The translations under genes were made by a program, and so were the position numbers. From Octopus sinensis (taxonomy: Eukaryota), in contig NC_043000.1 in NCBI RefSeq assembly GCF_006345805.1, positions 71,238,001 through 71,302,000 of the forward strand: a stretch of 64,000 bases of DNA, in the 5' to 3' direction. Positions within the stretch are counted from its first letter, which is position 1. Each line of letters opens with the position of its first letter. The notes beneath the pieces were generated by a model, which worked only from the letters and a program-made list of their open reading frames with translations, was not told the origin of the DNA and made no database searches. Below are positions 1 through 11,861 of this stretch, in pieces.

Positions 1-149
1 TTAGGATACTTTTAGGTCATAGAAGCTACCAACTTTTCATGGATACTTTTAGTTCATGAGTATACTTTCTTTTAAGTACTTTAATGCCTCTGTTAGCCTG
101 CTTTTGATCCCACTACATTTCTTAATTACTTTCAGTACACTGTATAGGA

Positions 150-530
150 TTCTTACCTGTTCTTTTTCTGCGTATCACTCATGGTTACTTCCTAGATAAC
201 AGTAGTGTTTTGTTTTCTTTTCTGCTGATGAAGTTTTACCCTCTTCAGGTTTATTTTGAGGCCTTTGCTTCTATGTTTGGAATTCCGTCTTTAATTCTGT
301 TCATATTCTGTTCTAATCACTGCTAAGATGACTAAGATGAGGACTAGATCATTGAGTTTAACACTGGCTGTTTGTTTCCATAGACAGCAATCTTAAACTC
401 CTTTATTGTGGCCTGGAGCTAAGAACTAAACTGTGATAGACACTTACCAATATATGAAATTCCGTGGTCTTGGTTCACACTTTGTTGACTGCATCTTAGT
501 TCATGCCATGTATGTTTCTAACAAGCCATT
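150..530 (-). mobile_element. Decayed RTE fragment
   Basis: Reverse strand gives NDLVLI and SKGLKINLK, matching the ADDLALI / SKGLRINV motifs of the intact RTEs in this window. Confidence 0.5.
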
Positions 531-810
531 CATGTATACCTAATTAGTAATCATGAGACTTCAGAGCATAAAAATCCTTTCAGAGTCCTTATCCAGGACA
601 ACAAATGTTCTTTGTTAAGAACTTTTATAAATGTCTCACTCAAAAGAACATATTAGTGCTCTTCCTTAATTGCCTTCTTCTGTTGTGGTATAAGTATTTT
701 TGTTACTTTCATAATTTGATCTCGCTTTGTGGTTGCTTCTAAGCAGAGAAAATGGGCATATTTGAGTCTATAAATATTTTACTTAAACACATGCATGCAC
801 GCACACACAT

Positions 811-854
<44 letters not shown>

Positions 855-1075
855 TTTAGGCAAGACATTCTTATATATCATCATCATCATTTAGCATCCA
901 CTCTTTATACTGGCATGAGTTGAATGGTTCAACAGGATCCAACAAGTTGGAGGATTGCATCATGCTCCAGTGTCTGTTTTGGCAAGTGGATGCCCTTCCT
1001 AATGCCAACTGTTTTACAGGGTGTACTTCATTCATTTTTTTTTTTTTTCATGGCACCAGCAACTTAAAAGATTAA

Positions 1076-1297
1076 TCCTTTTGATACCAACTCACCTGAA
1101 ACCATCTCTAACTCTGTAATATAAATGTCTTGTTTTCAAAATTTCTGAATTAAAATCTTTCACCAAACCTTAGTTATAATTTTTGTTCCTAACACTAACT
1201 TAATGATAACTAGGTTATTTTACTAAATTCTTTGTTATATTTAAAATTAACTGAAAGAAACACAGAGCATCTCAACAGAAATATGGTAACAAAAGGG
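1076..1297. mobile_element. piggyBac-like MITE
   Basis: TTAA flanks; (T/C)CCTTTTG(A/T)TACC terminal inverted repeats. Confidence 0.72.
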
Positions 1298-1970
1298 TTA
1301 ACAAGCTTAAAGGAGCTCTTATAACTGATTGAGATAGTTGTGATTCTATGCAACATGGTGAGAGTATGATGAGATGAACAAATTTAGAGGTGTGAAAGTA
1401 TGTTAGTAGAGATAGTAACAGAGTAGATACTTAGGGGTGGGGTGTGGAGGAAATAAAGGAAATAGATGGAATTGATATCAAGGTAATATCTCCTTGAACT
1501 TGTCCCAACTCCTTTTAATCTAGCCACTGTACTTTCTGAACACTTACTCCCTCTGGTGCTACTTAGGTCATCTAGGTAACAAAATCTATCAACTATTCCT
1601 GGGGACGAAAGCTGAAAACCATTCTAGGGAACCATCCAGGTATTTGAAGGAATTTATTCCCCAAATAGTCTGTATGTTTATTGCCTTCATGCACTTACTG
1701 TATATGAAATCTACCTTCTGTTGGCTTGCACATGATCCTTCTACACGTTTTGTGTATCAATTGTTTACACTGGGAACACTATACAGGATGTGTACCAAGT
1801 CTTTTTTGATATATGAACTCAGTCATTTTCCTAAAAGTTTGTTTTTGCTATATTTTCTTTAAGGCTCTTCAATTCCGGGTTTTGCTTCCATATCTACAAT
1901 TTCTGCTCCAAACCTTCTACAGATTCTGCTGTCTGAGCTAAGTCATCAGCAACTGCCACTATGTGATCTG

Positions 1971-2006
<36 letters not shown>

Positions 2007-3739
2007 GAATAATTCTTACAATTATGTGTATATTATTCATGATGAAACATTCTATATATTCCCCCTCTTTTCTAATCACTGCTAAGATGACTTGTTTGCA
2101 AATTCAGTCCCCAGCTAGGTAGGACATTGTATATAAAACATCAAACAATTACGCAAAATCTGTTTGCATATTGTATTCCATACATAAATAAATCCCATAA
2201 TTTTTAAGCATACTACACTAGTGGGTGTCTGTGTGTATATTATTTTGTTCCTGCTTCACATTCCTGGTCAAATTATATACCAACCACTCATTAAAGCCAG
2301 CTACTACAATAAATTGTATGGTAACATGTCTTTCCGGTGGTAGCTGACAAAATGAGTAGTCATTGAAACATCCCAACATCTCATGAAGTAACTTATAGTA
2401 AATATTCCACATGTGCTTCCTGTGGTTTATTTAAATGTTCATCTAGTAAATAAGCAGGACAATAAAAAAAATATATGATATGGTATTATTAGGATATGAC
2501 ATCTGCAGAGAAAAGAAATGTGTGTAAAGAGCAACAATGGTGAAAAAGAAAGAGTAAAATGAAAGAAAAATATATGCAACTGAAAAGCCATATATTGCCT
2601 ATTTTAGTACTATTTTGGTATTGGCAACAGTGTATTTTGGTTCTCCATTTTTACTTTTCGTTTTTTTCCCTCCTCTATTCTTATGTTCTCTTTCTTTCTC
2701 CATTGTTTCTCTTGTTGATGGACTGCAGTCCAAAACGTTGAAAGCATTTCTATTCTTTCCAAACATGGACCTTATGTCATATTTTTCCTGTGTTTTATTG
2801 CCCTTGGATTGCTTATTTACTGTTTGAGTACACCCTAAGTGCTGCTTTAAATATAATTTAGCTATCCAGTAAAGACACTCATTTAATTGCTAATCATGTG
2901 AAACAGGATTCTGTATTCTTCTGAAGGAAGCAAATAGAACAAAGGTTTAACACTGCTAGAATGCCAAATATATTGATTATTTATCTAACATTCAGGAAAC
3001 AGTTAAATAATCTAACAACTAAATGGAGCATATTAATAATATTATGCAAAAACTAACAACTTCCCCGTTGAGTGCAAGTTCCCAACCACTCAGAATAAAA
3101 ACATTGGTTCTATGCTTCTCTGTTTACCTTTTATCTTTTACTTGTTTCAGTCATTTGACTGCAGCCATGCTGGGGCATTGTTTTGAAGGGTTTTAGTCAA
3201 ACAAATTGATCCCAAGACTTTTTTTAAGCCTAGTACTCACTTTATAAACTCCTTTTGCTGAACCATGAAGTTATAGGGGCATAAACACGCCAACACTGGT
3301 TGTCAAGCAGTGGTGGGAGGTACAAAGACACACACACACAATAATAAAAGCAAAATTCTGTCTGTCCATCTGAGATCCTTGTATTTCAGTCTACATTTGC
3401 TCTACATAGACATATACCTTTTTGGTATCAGGATGATCCCATGATTGAAAATCTGCCCTTCATTCGGTTCCTGAACAGCAAGCATTTGGATTTGATTTAA
3501 AAGCATTTTGCTTGCTATTTCTAGCAGGTAAAGCTTGACTGATTCATGCCATCTTGGTTGTCAGATGACATCAGAGATCAAGGGAGAGATAAATGACATT
3601 CACTTCATTAATTTTACATCAAGAATTTTGAGACAAATTGGCCGACAGTTGGAATTCAAAGTGGGACTAGAACGATAGAATGATTGCATTACAGAATTAA
3701 TTTTCATCTGTCTTTAACCTCTGATGAAACACCATTTGG

Positions 3740-4214
3740 GGATCTTTTCCTTTTGATAGACGGAATTCAACACAATTTCTAGTTAACTAAACAATTTGAA
3801 ACTTCGTATACTGGTAGAATGTGTCAAAAGAAAACATTATTTTCACTTGGCTTTTTTGATAAATTTCTAATTCGTTTGTTTAACGTAGTTTAATTTTTCG
3901 AATTTTAACCAATCGTATGCTCTCTTTTGAGCTAAAATCATTTGCTGCGTTATCGATATTGATAAACAAACGAGGAGGCATGTGCTAGAAATAACAGCCA
4001 TATCTCTTAAATATCAAAAGGAAAAGATCCCACACACATACAAACACTTGCATATACAAGCGCGCCTGCATATAGAAGTAAATATACGTACACACACACA
4101 CAGACAAGTATACATATACATACACAAAGATACATGCTTATACGCATATACGCACGCCGCATACACACACACACACACACATATATTCAGATACATACAC
4201 ACACACACACTCTG

Positions 4215-4249
<35 letters not shown>

Positions 4250-4929
4250 CACATGCATATACATTTGCACAAGCACATAGTAATTAATATATAAGCGTAC
4301 ACACACATACAAATGGAGATATACATACACATACATACGCACACAAGCATACATACATGTTCGTGAGTTCGCACTGGTGTCGATAGAATCGACTTAATAC
4401 TTTTGTATCTCATGCTTTGTCCCCTCTGTGTTTTGCCCCTTGCCGGAACAAATTTACACAAAAGGTAAATAAACTAGAAATGGGGGATCAATGTTTCATC
4501 GTTTCGAGGTCGATAAATTAAGTACCAATTACGCACTGGTGTCGAGGATTTTTTTCCCAATTTATATCACAGCCTCCGACAAGCTGGGGCATCCTTTTAT
4601 GAAAAAATAGTTCGCAAATTTTTACAATATGACCCACACTCCACGCGCACCCTCATATCCCACTCTAGACCGATTTAGGCATATTATTGTTTTGTTTTTG
4701 TTGTTTTTGGCCCATCAAAACCATGGGAGAAGCCTTTTTGGTAAAAAAGAAATAAAGAAAATATTTAAAAAATATCGTTAATATTTTTTTGGGCGACGAA
4801 ATTCATCGATTTAAGAGATATGGCTGTTATTTCTAGCACATGCCTCATCGTTTGTTTATCAATATCGATAATGCAGCAAGTGCGGATGACTTAAAGAGCG
4901 AGACAGACAGAAGAGAGAAGGATGAATAA

Positions 4930-4965
<36 letters not shown>

Positions 4966-5216
4966 CGCTGTTTACGTTGTAACAGGATGTTGTCTGAGTT
5001 TTTAGACGCAGCAATTGATTTGTGCTCAAATACTGGCAATTCATTGGTTAAAATTCGAAGAATTAAACTACGTTAAACTTACAAATTAGAAATTTATCAA
5101 AAAAGCCAAGTGAAAATAATGTTTTCTTTTGACACATTCTACCAGTATACGAAGTTTCAAATTGTTTAGTTAACTAGAAATTGTGTTGAATTCCGTCTAT
5201 CAAAAGGAAAAGATCC
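3740..5216. mobile_element. Non-autonomous DNA transposon with long TIRs (GGATCTTTTCCTTTTGA...), composite copy
   Basis: About 210-bp arms at 3740-3950 and about 4980-5216; 8-bp flanks CCATTTGG / CCACTTGG (7/8); same family as 46746-47548. Confidence 0.85.
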
Positions 5217-5353
5217 CCACTTGGGGCTTATAGTCATGCTATTTAACTCTCTAGTTTTGGACTGCAAGCCCAGTTAGCTCTCAGCAGGAGCTATCTTAAA
5301 AGTTCGTACGGAGTGTGGCTTTTAAGCTAATATATATATACACACACATATCT

Positions 5354-5732
5354 TCTTTTACTTGTTTCGGTCATTTGACTGCTGCCATGCTGGAGCACCA
5401 CCTTAAAGTGTTTTAGTCGAACAAATTAACCCCAAGTATTTATTCTATTGGCCTCTTTTGCTGAACCACCAAGTTACAAGGTCATAAGCACACCAACACT
5501 GGTTGTCAAGTGGTGATGTGGGAGACAAATACAGATGTGAAGACATTCACATTGATATATACATATATATATGACGGTCTTCTTTCAGTTTTCATCTACC
5601 AAATCCACTCAAGGCTTTGGTCAGCCCGAGGCTATAATAACAGACACTTGCCCAAGCTGCCATGCAATGGGACTGAACCTGGAACCATGTGGTTTGGAAA
5701 TAAGCTTCTTACCACTCACCCATGCCTGCACC
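5354..5732 (-). mobile_element. tRNA-headed SINE family A (tail ...CAGTCAAATGACTGAAACAAGTAAAAG), near full length
   Basis: A/B-box-like head near 5670-5732; related copies or fragments at 3134-3340 (-), 11405-11775 (+), 23390-23510 (-), 33480-33720 (+). Confidence 0.85.
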
Positions 5733-7083
5733 TATAAGAAAAGGCTGCTCTGAAGTAAAGAGCAATTCCCATATGCGTTAGAAAGATCAAATTATGTCTT
5801 CAGTCCTTGTCAAGGGAAATGCTAACCATCTAACATTTTTGTAATAAGGGCTAGGTATTGGTATACAAGATCTCTAGATTGTGTTCTCAACAAGATCTAC
5901 TGATATATAACTGGTTACTTCAAGTCTACAAACATTAATAATCATTAATTTTTGGCTAACCTCACTCTAACTGATATCAGTGAGAGATGTTGCTGGCAAA
6001 GATGCAAATCAAAAGCAGCTATTTGTTGAAAGACATCCATCCATTATGTGGATGTCAACAAATACAAAAATTAAAATTGAGTAAAGGTTTCATACTATCC
6101 ACTATTTTCCCTGTATTTTCAAAGAATCCACCCCCTTACAATAGTGGGAGGAAAATGGCCAATATTCTACAAATGCCTGATTGAAAATGGAACCAGCAGA
6201 ACATTTGTGAAGACTTGAAGTCTTATGGAATGAGTGGAAATGCCTTAATCAGCTCTGTGTTGGTTTTAAACATTTATGTCCGTCTTTTACTGTGTGTCCC
6301 TGCCCTGACCAGTAACACAAAGTAAAATAGAATCTCTATTCTGTGATTGTAGAACAGTCCCAAGCAATGGGTTACCTGCTGGTTCGCTTATTATTGGATT
6401 CCTTTGTCTCATTACTACGCAGTATTGCAGTTTCAAACACTAGCATTACATGATTTGAGAACTAACATAAAGAATGCGAAAATGTGGAAAGATTTGTTGA
6501 AGCAATAATAACCTGTTTATATAATTTTTGTTCTAAATTTCAATTTATTTCCAATATCAACACTAGATAGAAAAAGAAAGAAGACTTCCAAACAACCATG
6601 AACTTTGTTTTGTTTCGTTTGCACCCCACACCCACTGGGTGAAATATTTTTTGAAATAATACTATTAAAGCTTTATCAGTTTGAGTAAACCAGTACTGTT
6701 GTTTCATTATCATAGTGTTGGATTACTCAATTGGACTACCTTCAATTTTACTGCTGTCAGCCAGTATTCTCACATGGTAGATCTGTTTTCAATAATGAAA
6801 ATTACACAGAATCAAATGTATGTAGCAGACTCATTTATTGCAATTGAATGAAAATAAATGTATATTTGATTTGTTGGTTAAATAGAAACTATTATAATGA
6901 CTAATTATCATAAAAATAAATGTTGCTGTTGCATCTGTATATTTTTTTGGTAATTTTGTTAAGATTCCTACATTTGTATATTACTTTATTCTGGTAATAT
7001 CTGAAATTGATTAAATTTATAATACTACCATGTATATTACTCTTGCTACAGCTGAATAGATGAATAGAGAAATCAGTGTGATG

Positions 7084-7128
7084 AAGAGTTATGCCTGCAA
7101 GAGTTATGCCTGCAAGAGTTATGCCTGC
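7084..7128. repeat. 3 x 15-bp perfect tandem repeat (AAGAGTTATGCCTGC)
   Basis: Visible directly. Confidence 0.9.
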
Positions 7129-7653
7129 TGCAAGTGCAAATTGCTGATTTAAATTAGCTTGGTTGAGTTTCTGAAAAGTTTCTGTTGATTATATGTCATG
7201 GTCAAAGATTTGTTCAAAAAGCAGTATTATACATGAATATTGAGAAAACTGGATAATTGATATTTACAGAAAAATAGATGTGAGTTTGTAGGCTATAAGA
7301 ACTGGTTCCTTTGATGTTTGAAAAGAATTTGATAATTTAAAGTAAACTAAAAGTAGTGGCTATCAAATGTCAAAAGGAATAAGTCATAACATTGACAAAA
7401 GTCATTCAAAAAAAATTGTAACTATTTATTTGCAAAAAACGAAATTACTTTCTTGCCAACACAATATATAGCTCTGTGCTTGCATAATTTGTTTGTGTGT
7501 AGTTGAATTATTTTTTCACCATTGATGTTAGGTCATTTTTATCATTTTGGAACAACAAAACAAAAACATCATTATACTTTTGCTTTGTTTGACGTTAGTA
7601 GCACTGTGATGTTGATTTCATTTCAACTTCTTGACTTAAAGCACAGTTTTTAA

Positions 7654-7873
7654 CCCTTTAGCATTCAGATTACTCTGTCAAATGTAATGCTTATTTATTC
7701 AAATTGCTTTGAATTAATTATACATTGTTTTGTAGCTTTTAGATTTCAATGATGTGATGGTTTATTTTTAAAATGACATTGTAGGGTAGATGTGAGAGGT
7801 CAGATTTGGTCAGTTTGAACATAAAACGGGGAGAATATTTGAGCAGGGTTTGGGCAGTTTAAATGCTAAATGG
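7654..7873. mobile_element. piggyBac-like MITE
   Basis: TTAA|CCCTTTAGCATT ... AATGCTAAATGG|TTAA. Confidence 0.78.
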
Positions 7874-8651
7874 TTAAACTGTTATGTTACTACTTTGTAT
7901 TCAGTTATGAATGTAGCAGGCATTGTAATTTCTTTTAAAATTCATTAGGATGTTTTTGTCATGGAAGGTAAAGAAAACAAAAAAGATTGTAGTGAAAATA
8001 AAATGAAATAATTTGTTGTTTCTTAAAAGAAATTTCATTAAAAGAAAATATTTTTTTTGAGCTTTCCTTCTTTCCAAGACATAAGACATATGATGTGTCC
8101 TAGTCATTCAAACACATCCCACTCCTGGTGGGCAGGGGGCTCATCTATTTCCAGGTGTGCTTATAGTTGATGTCTGTGAAAAAGAAGGTGGGAGAGCAGG
8201 AGGAGTGGAGTGGAGTGGAAGAGAAGAATGATGATGACGATGACTACTGGCCTCAGTAAAGGACTAATACTTTATTATCTCAACTCTGAAAGGATGACCA
8301 GCCAATTTGACCTTGGTAGATTTCAAATCAGAGTGTAAAGCATTGAAATGAATAATGCTATATTCTGCCTAGTGCTTTAACAATTCTGCCAACTCAACAC
8401 CTTACTGCATGAAGATTAAAGAGAAAGGTACAGAAGATGTGAATGTGTTTAAAGTCTTTAGTGCAGTTAGAACTTTGGTTTAAGTCTTCACACTAAACCT
8501 AGTGAATATGTTATACATGGAATTATTTCTGTATGTTGTTAGATAAGTATTTATTTTGTTTTATTTTGTTTTTTTCTGGGAAAGAGGACAAAATAGTCGC
8601 TGATTACAAATTATTGATTTTATTTTATTTATTTATTTATTTATTTTACAG

Positions 8652-8708
8652 GGCCTCTTGACAATGAATTTAGTTATGAACCTCCCGGTAAAAAATCCAG
8701 AAGTTTTC
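8652..8708 (+). CDS. shn: Candidate upstream 57-bp coding exon of shn (xG-PLDNEFSYEPPGKKSRSF)
   Basis: Polypyrimidine tract ending TTTTACAG, strong GTAAGT donor, open frame in phase 1/1 that joins in frame to the phase-1 exon at 35288. Linkage across a 26.6-kb intron is inferred. Confidence 0.55.
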
Positions 8709-9853
8709 GTAAGTTATCTGTTATGTACTTAAATTAATTCTTTAACAGACAATAGAAGCTTCCTTAATTGATCACAATAATAGTTCATTGAATACACTAC
8801 TTTTGAAAACTTTACAAGTATCAATATATATAAAATGCTATGTGTCTTCTTGTATATATATACTTTTTTCTATTGAATTTGTTCCAGTTTATGAGATTAT
8901 ACTTTCTAAATCATTCAACATGAGCTGGAGATTTTCTGTTTATTTTTTGCATTTGTCTCAATAATTCTTAATGAAAAAGTTTTCTAAATTATTCAACAGT
9001 GTTTCCACTATCTTGCTATAACAGTGTATCAGTTGTTCTGTTTGCCTTTTGTATTTGAAAGTTCATTCAGCTTTCTTGTCTTATCTTATAATAAAATGCA
9101 ATGAATTGGTCATGCTGGACAATGGAAACTAAAACCACAAACAGAGTGACTAACTGTCAGAGATGCTTAATGCAGGTGAACTGTAATGAAATGTTTCGCT
9201 CTGAAGTTGTCTGTATTTTAATCAAAATGAAACTAAGTTCGTATCGTTAATTCTGTACATTTTATCAATTTCACTCTTATTTTCAAAGTATTATCATTCA
9301 CGTAGCATTCATAGATTATATATACTAGCAAATCTACCCATCTACAATGGCGGTATAAAATGAGGGAAGGAAGTCATAACAGCAGTATGTATTGAGAAAT
9401 GTGTAAATGGACTTGATAGATTACTGGGTGATGTCTTAGGGAAATCACATTATTGTTGGTGATACAGCATTCTGTTGCAGCTATATGACATGTGTTTCCA
9501 ACTAAGTGACATGTGATGACAATTCACTCCCAAACTCAAATAGTCTCCCAGCCTCTGTATCATGAATGGTTATGTGGACCACTCCTAATGAAAGCCAGAG
9601 CTTCCTTCAACTACTACATAAAAAGTATTAAGAAAAAAAACGTTATTTAGATGTACTATTATTTTAGTTGTTTACACTATTTTACATTTGTTTATACTCT
9701 TATACATTCAAAATTCACAAATTTCCTTATTTAAATAAGGATTTGTATTCCTTTCAATAAAATCAATATTATTACAAAACTTCTTTGTAGACAATATTTT
9801 CTGTTTGGTCGACACTAATTTTCAAATTACTGGAGTCCGTTGCTCTGCTCATA

Positions 9854-10180
9854 GGGGAATTCAGCGCCTGAGAAGAGGAGGGTTGTTGTGGTGGTGATAG
9901 TTTTCGTAGCATTTTTCTTTTGATCTCTCTTCCGACCTGTCCACGCCGTGGACAGGAGCTGGTGTTAGCAGTGGACATTCGTTATCGTCACTGAGTAACG
10001 TAATTAGGTAGCGTAGTAAGGAGGAAAAATACAGATATTCTAGAGTTGAGTTGAGTCCAGCTGAGAAAGGTTTTTACCAGTGAAAAGAGGGGGAGAGATA
10101 GTAGAGGGGGTGCGGTCAATATAGGGGAGCACCAGTGGGGAAGGTTGGGGTAAGGAGGAACGATGGCAGGAAGGGTTGGT
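9854..10180. repeat. About 325-bp GC-richer segment duplicated almost identically at 15231-15561; both copies are followed by similar (TA)n arrays
   Basis: Direct comparison shows only two small indels (GAGTTGAGTCC vs GAGTTGGGGGAGTCC; GGTTTTTACC vs GGTTTTACC). Confidence 0.95.
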
Positions 10181-10197
10181 GTATATATATATATATT

Positions 10198-10237
<40 letters not shown>

Positions 10238-10284
10238 TATATATATATACATATTTATATATATATATATTATATATATATATT

Positions 10285-10320
<36 letters not shown>

Positions 10321-10378
10321 ATATATATATATATATAATATATATATATAATATATATATATATAAAAATATATATAA
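10171..10378. repeat. (TA)n array; other microsatellites at 787-852 (CA), 11790-11860 (TA), 20300-20417 (TA), 29480-29545 (GT), 34750-34848 (CT/CTAT), 37077-37139 (TA), 60660-60727 and 63200-63520 (TA/GT)
   Basis: Visible directly. Confidence 0.95.
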
Positions 10379-10709
10379 CTGGTCGTGTGTAAACATCGGA
10401 GAGGGTAAAAATACACCTACATGATCTAAAGTCTGGCCCTGTGCCTTGTTTGCTGTGAATGCATGAGCTGAATCTTTAAGGTTGCAAAAAAATCAAACTA
10501 TGGCTCACCTCTCACTGTTCTATATGAATAATGTCTGGACGTTCTGGTACCATGGGTTATTTTGATTGACAAAACTGAGATGTAAACAACAACCACTTCA
10601 ATTAGACATTTTGAATCCTGCTCAAGACCAACACACTTCAATAACCACTAAATAATCACACACACTATATACAGGTACACACTTTTTCCATTTTATTTTC
10701 ACTATTAAC

Positions 10710-11290
10710 CCTCCTCACAACCCCCTTTGTGTCTACAATGGGGCCACGAATTATACAATGAAAATCCAGAGTTACTCATGGTCCGTGAATTTTTAATAAA
10801 AATGCAAAGGTGGTTTATCAATTCAAAAATCAATATCCACGAAATAACCATACTTTCTGATTTTTTTATGCTAAAAACCTTCCTGACGACCATCTTTATA
10901 ATACCAAAAAATATCGTAATCATTGGTCTAGCCATCTGGCCATGAAGAGAGAACAGACAAAGAGACATAATGGCCATTATAGTAAGATAGCAAATCTACC
11001 CATCTACGACAGGAAATAAAGTGGTAGTATTGCAAATCTAAACCTAAATTCATGAACTATATGGGGGGAATCCAGAGTTAATCCTTGTTGCCGGAATTTT
11101 AACAAAAAATTATAATTGGTGATTTACTAGTACAAAACTCAACAGCCGCTAAACAATCATACTTTTTCACATTTCTTTTGCTAAAAACCTTCCTGATTAC
11201 CTCCTTCGTAATCCTGAAAAACATCATGACCATTGGGCCAGCTGTTTGACTGTGAAGAGGGAACAGACAGACAGGCGGACATAACACCCA
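10710..11290 (-). mobile_element. Two head-to-tail non-autonomous Helitron-like units; a matching 3' terminus also lies at 9325-9350
   Basis: 5' TCTTACTATAATGGCC at 10987; 3' hairpin remnant plus GTAGATGGGTAGATTTGCTA(G) at 10988-11010 and at 9325-9347 (CTAG|T); the two units are mutually similar. Confidence 0.65.
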
Positions 11291-11404
11291 TTACAGTTAT
11301 ATGTGTGTGTGTGTTAATACATATATACATTCACATGCACATATGTATTTTTATGCACAAGCATAGATGTATATATAAGATGTGCATATGTATGTATGTA
11401 TGTA

Positions 11405-11775
11405 TATGGCTGTGCGGTAAGAAGTTTCTTCCCTATCACATGGCTGTAGGTTCAGTCCAACTCTGTGATGATTTATGTCATCTACTGTAGCATCATTGCA
11501 ACCAAAGCCTTGTAAGTTGATTTGGTTGATGGAAAGTGAAAGAAGTATGCCTGTATGTGTATTTCTGTCTGCCTTTGCCCACCATAACTGCTAGACAACT
11601 GGCATTGATTTGCTTACATCTCCATAACTAAGTAGTTAGGCAAAAAAGATATTGCTAGAATAAGTGCCAAGTTGAAAAGGTACATACAGAGGTTGATTCA
11701 TTCAACTAAAAACTTCAAGGCTGTGCCCCAGTATGGCTGCAGTCTAATGACTGAAACAAGTAAAAAATAAAAAAT
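11405..11775 (+). mobile_element. SINE family A, older copy
   Basis: Colinear with 5354-5732. Confidence 0.8.
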
Positions 11776-11794
11776 AGGTGTATCTCTCTCTCTC

Positions 11795-11860
<66 letters not shown>

Positions 11861-11861
<1 letters not shown>

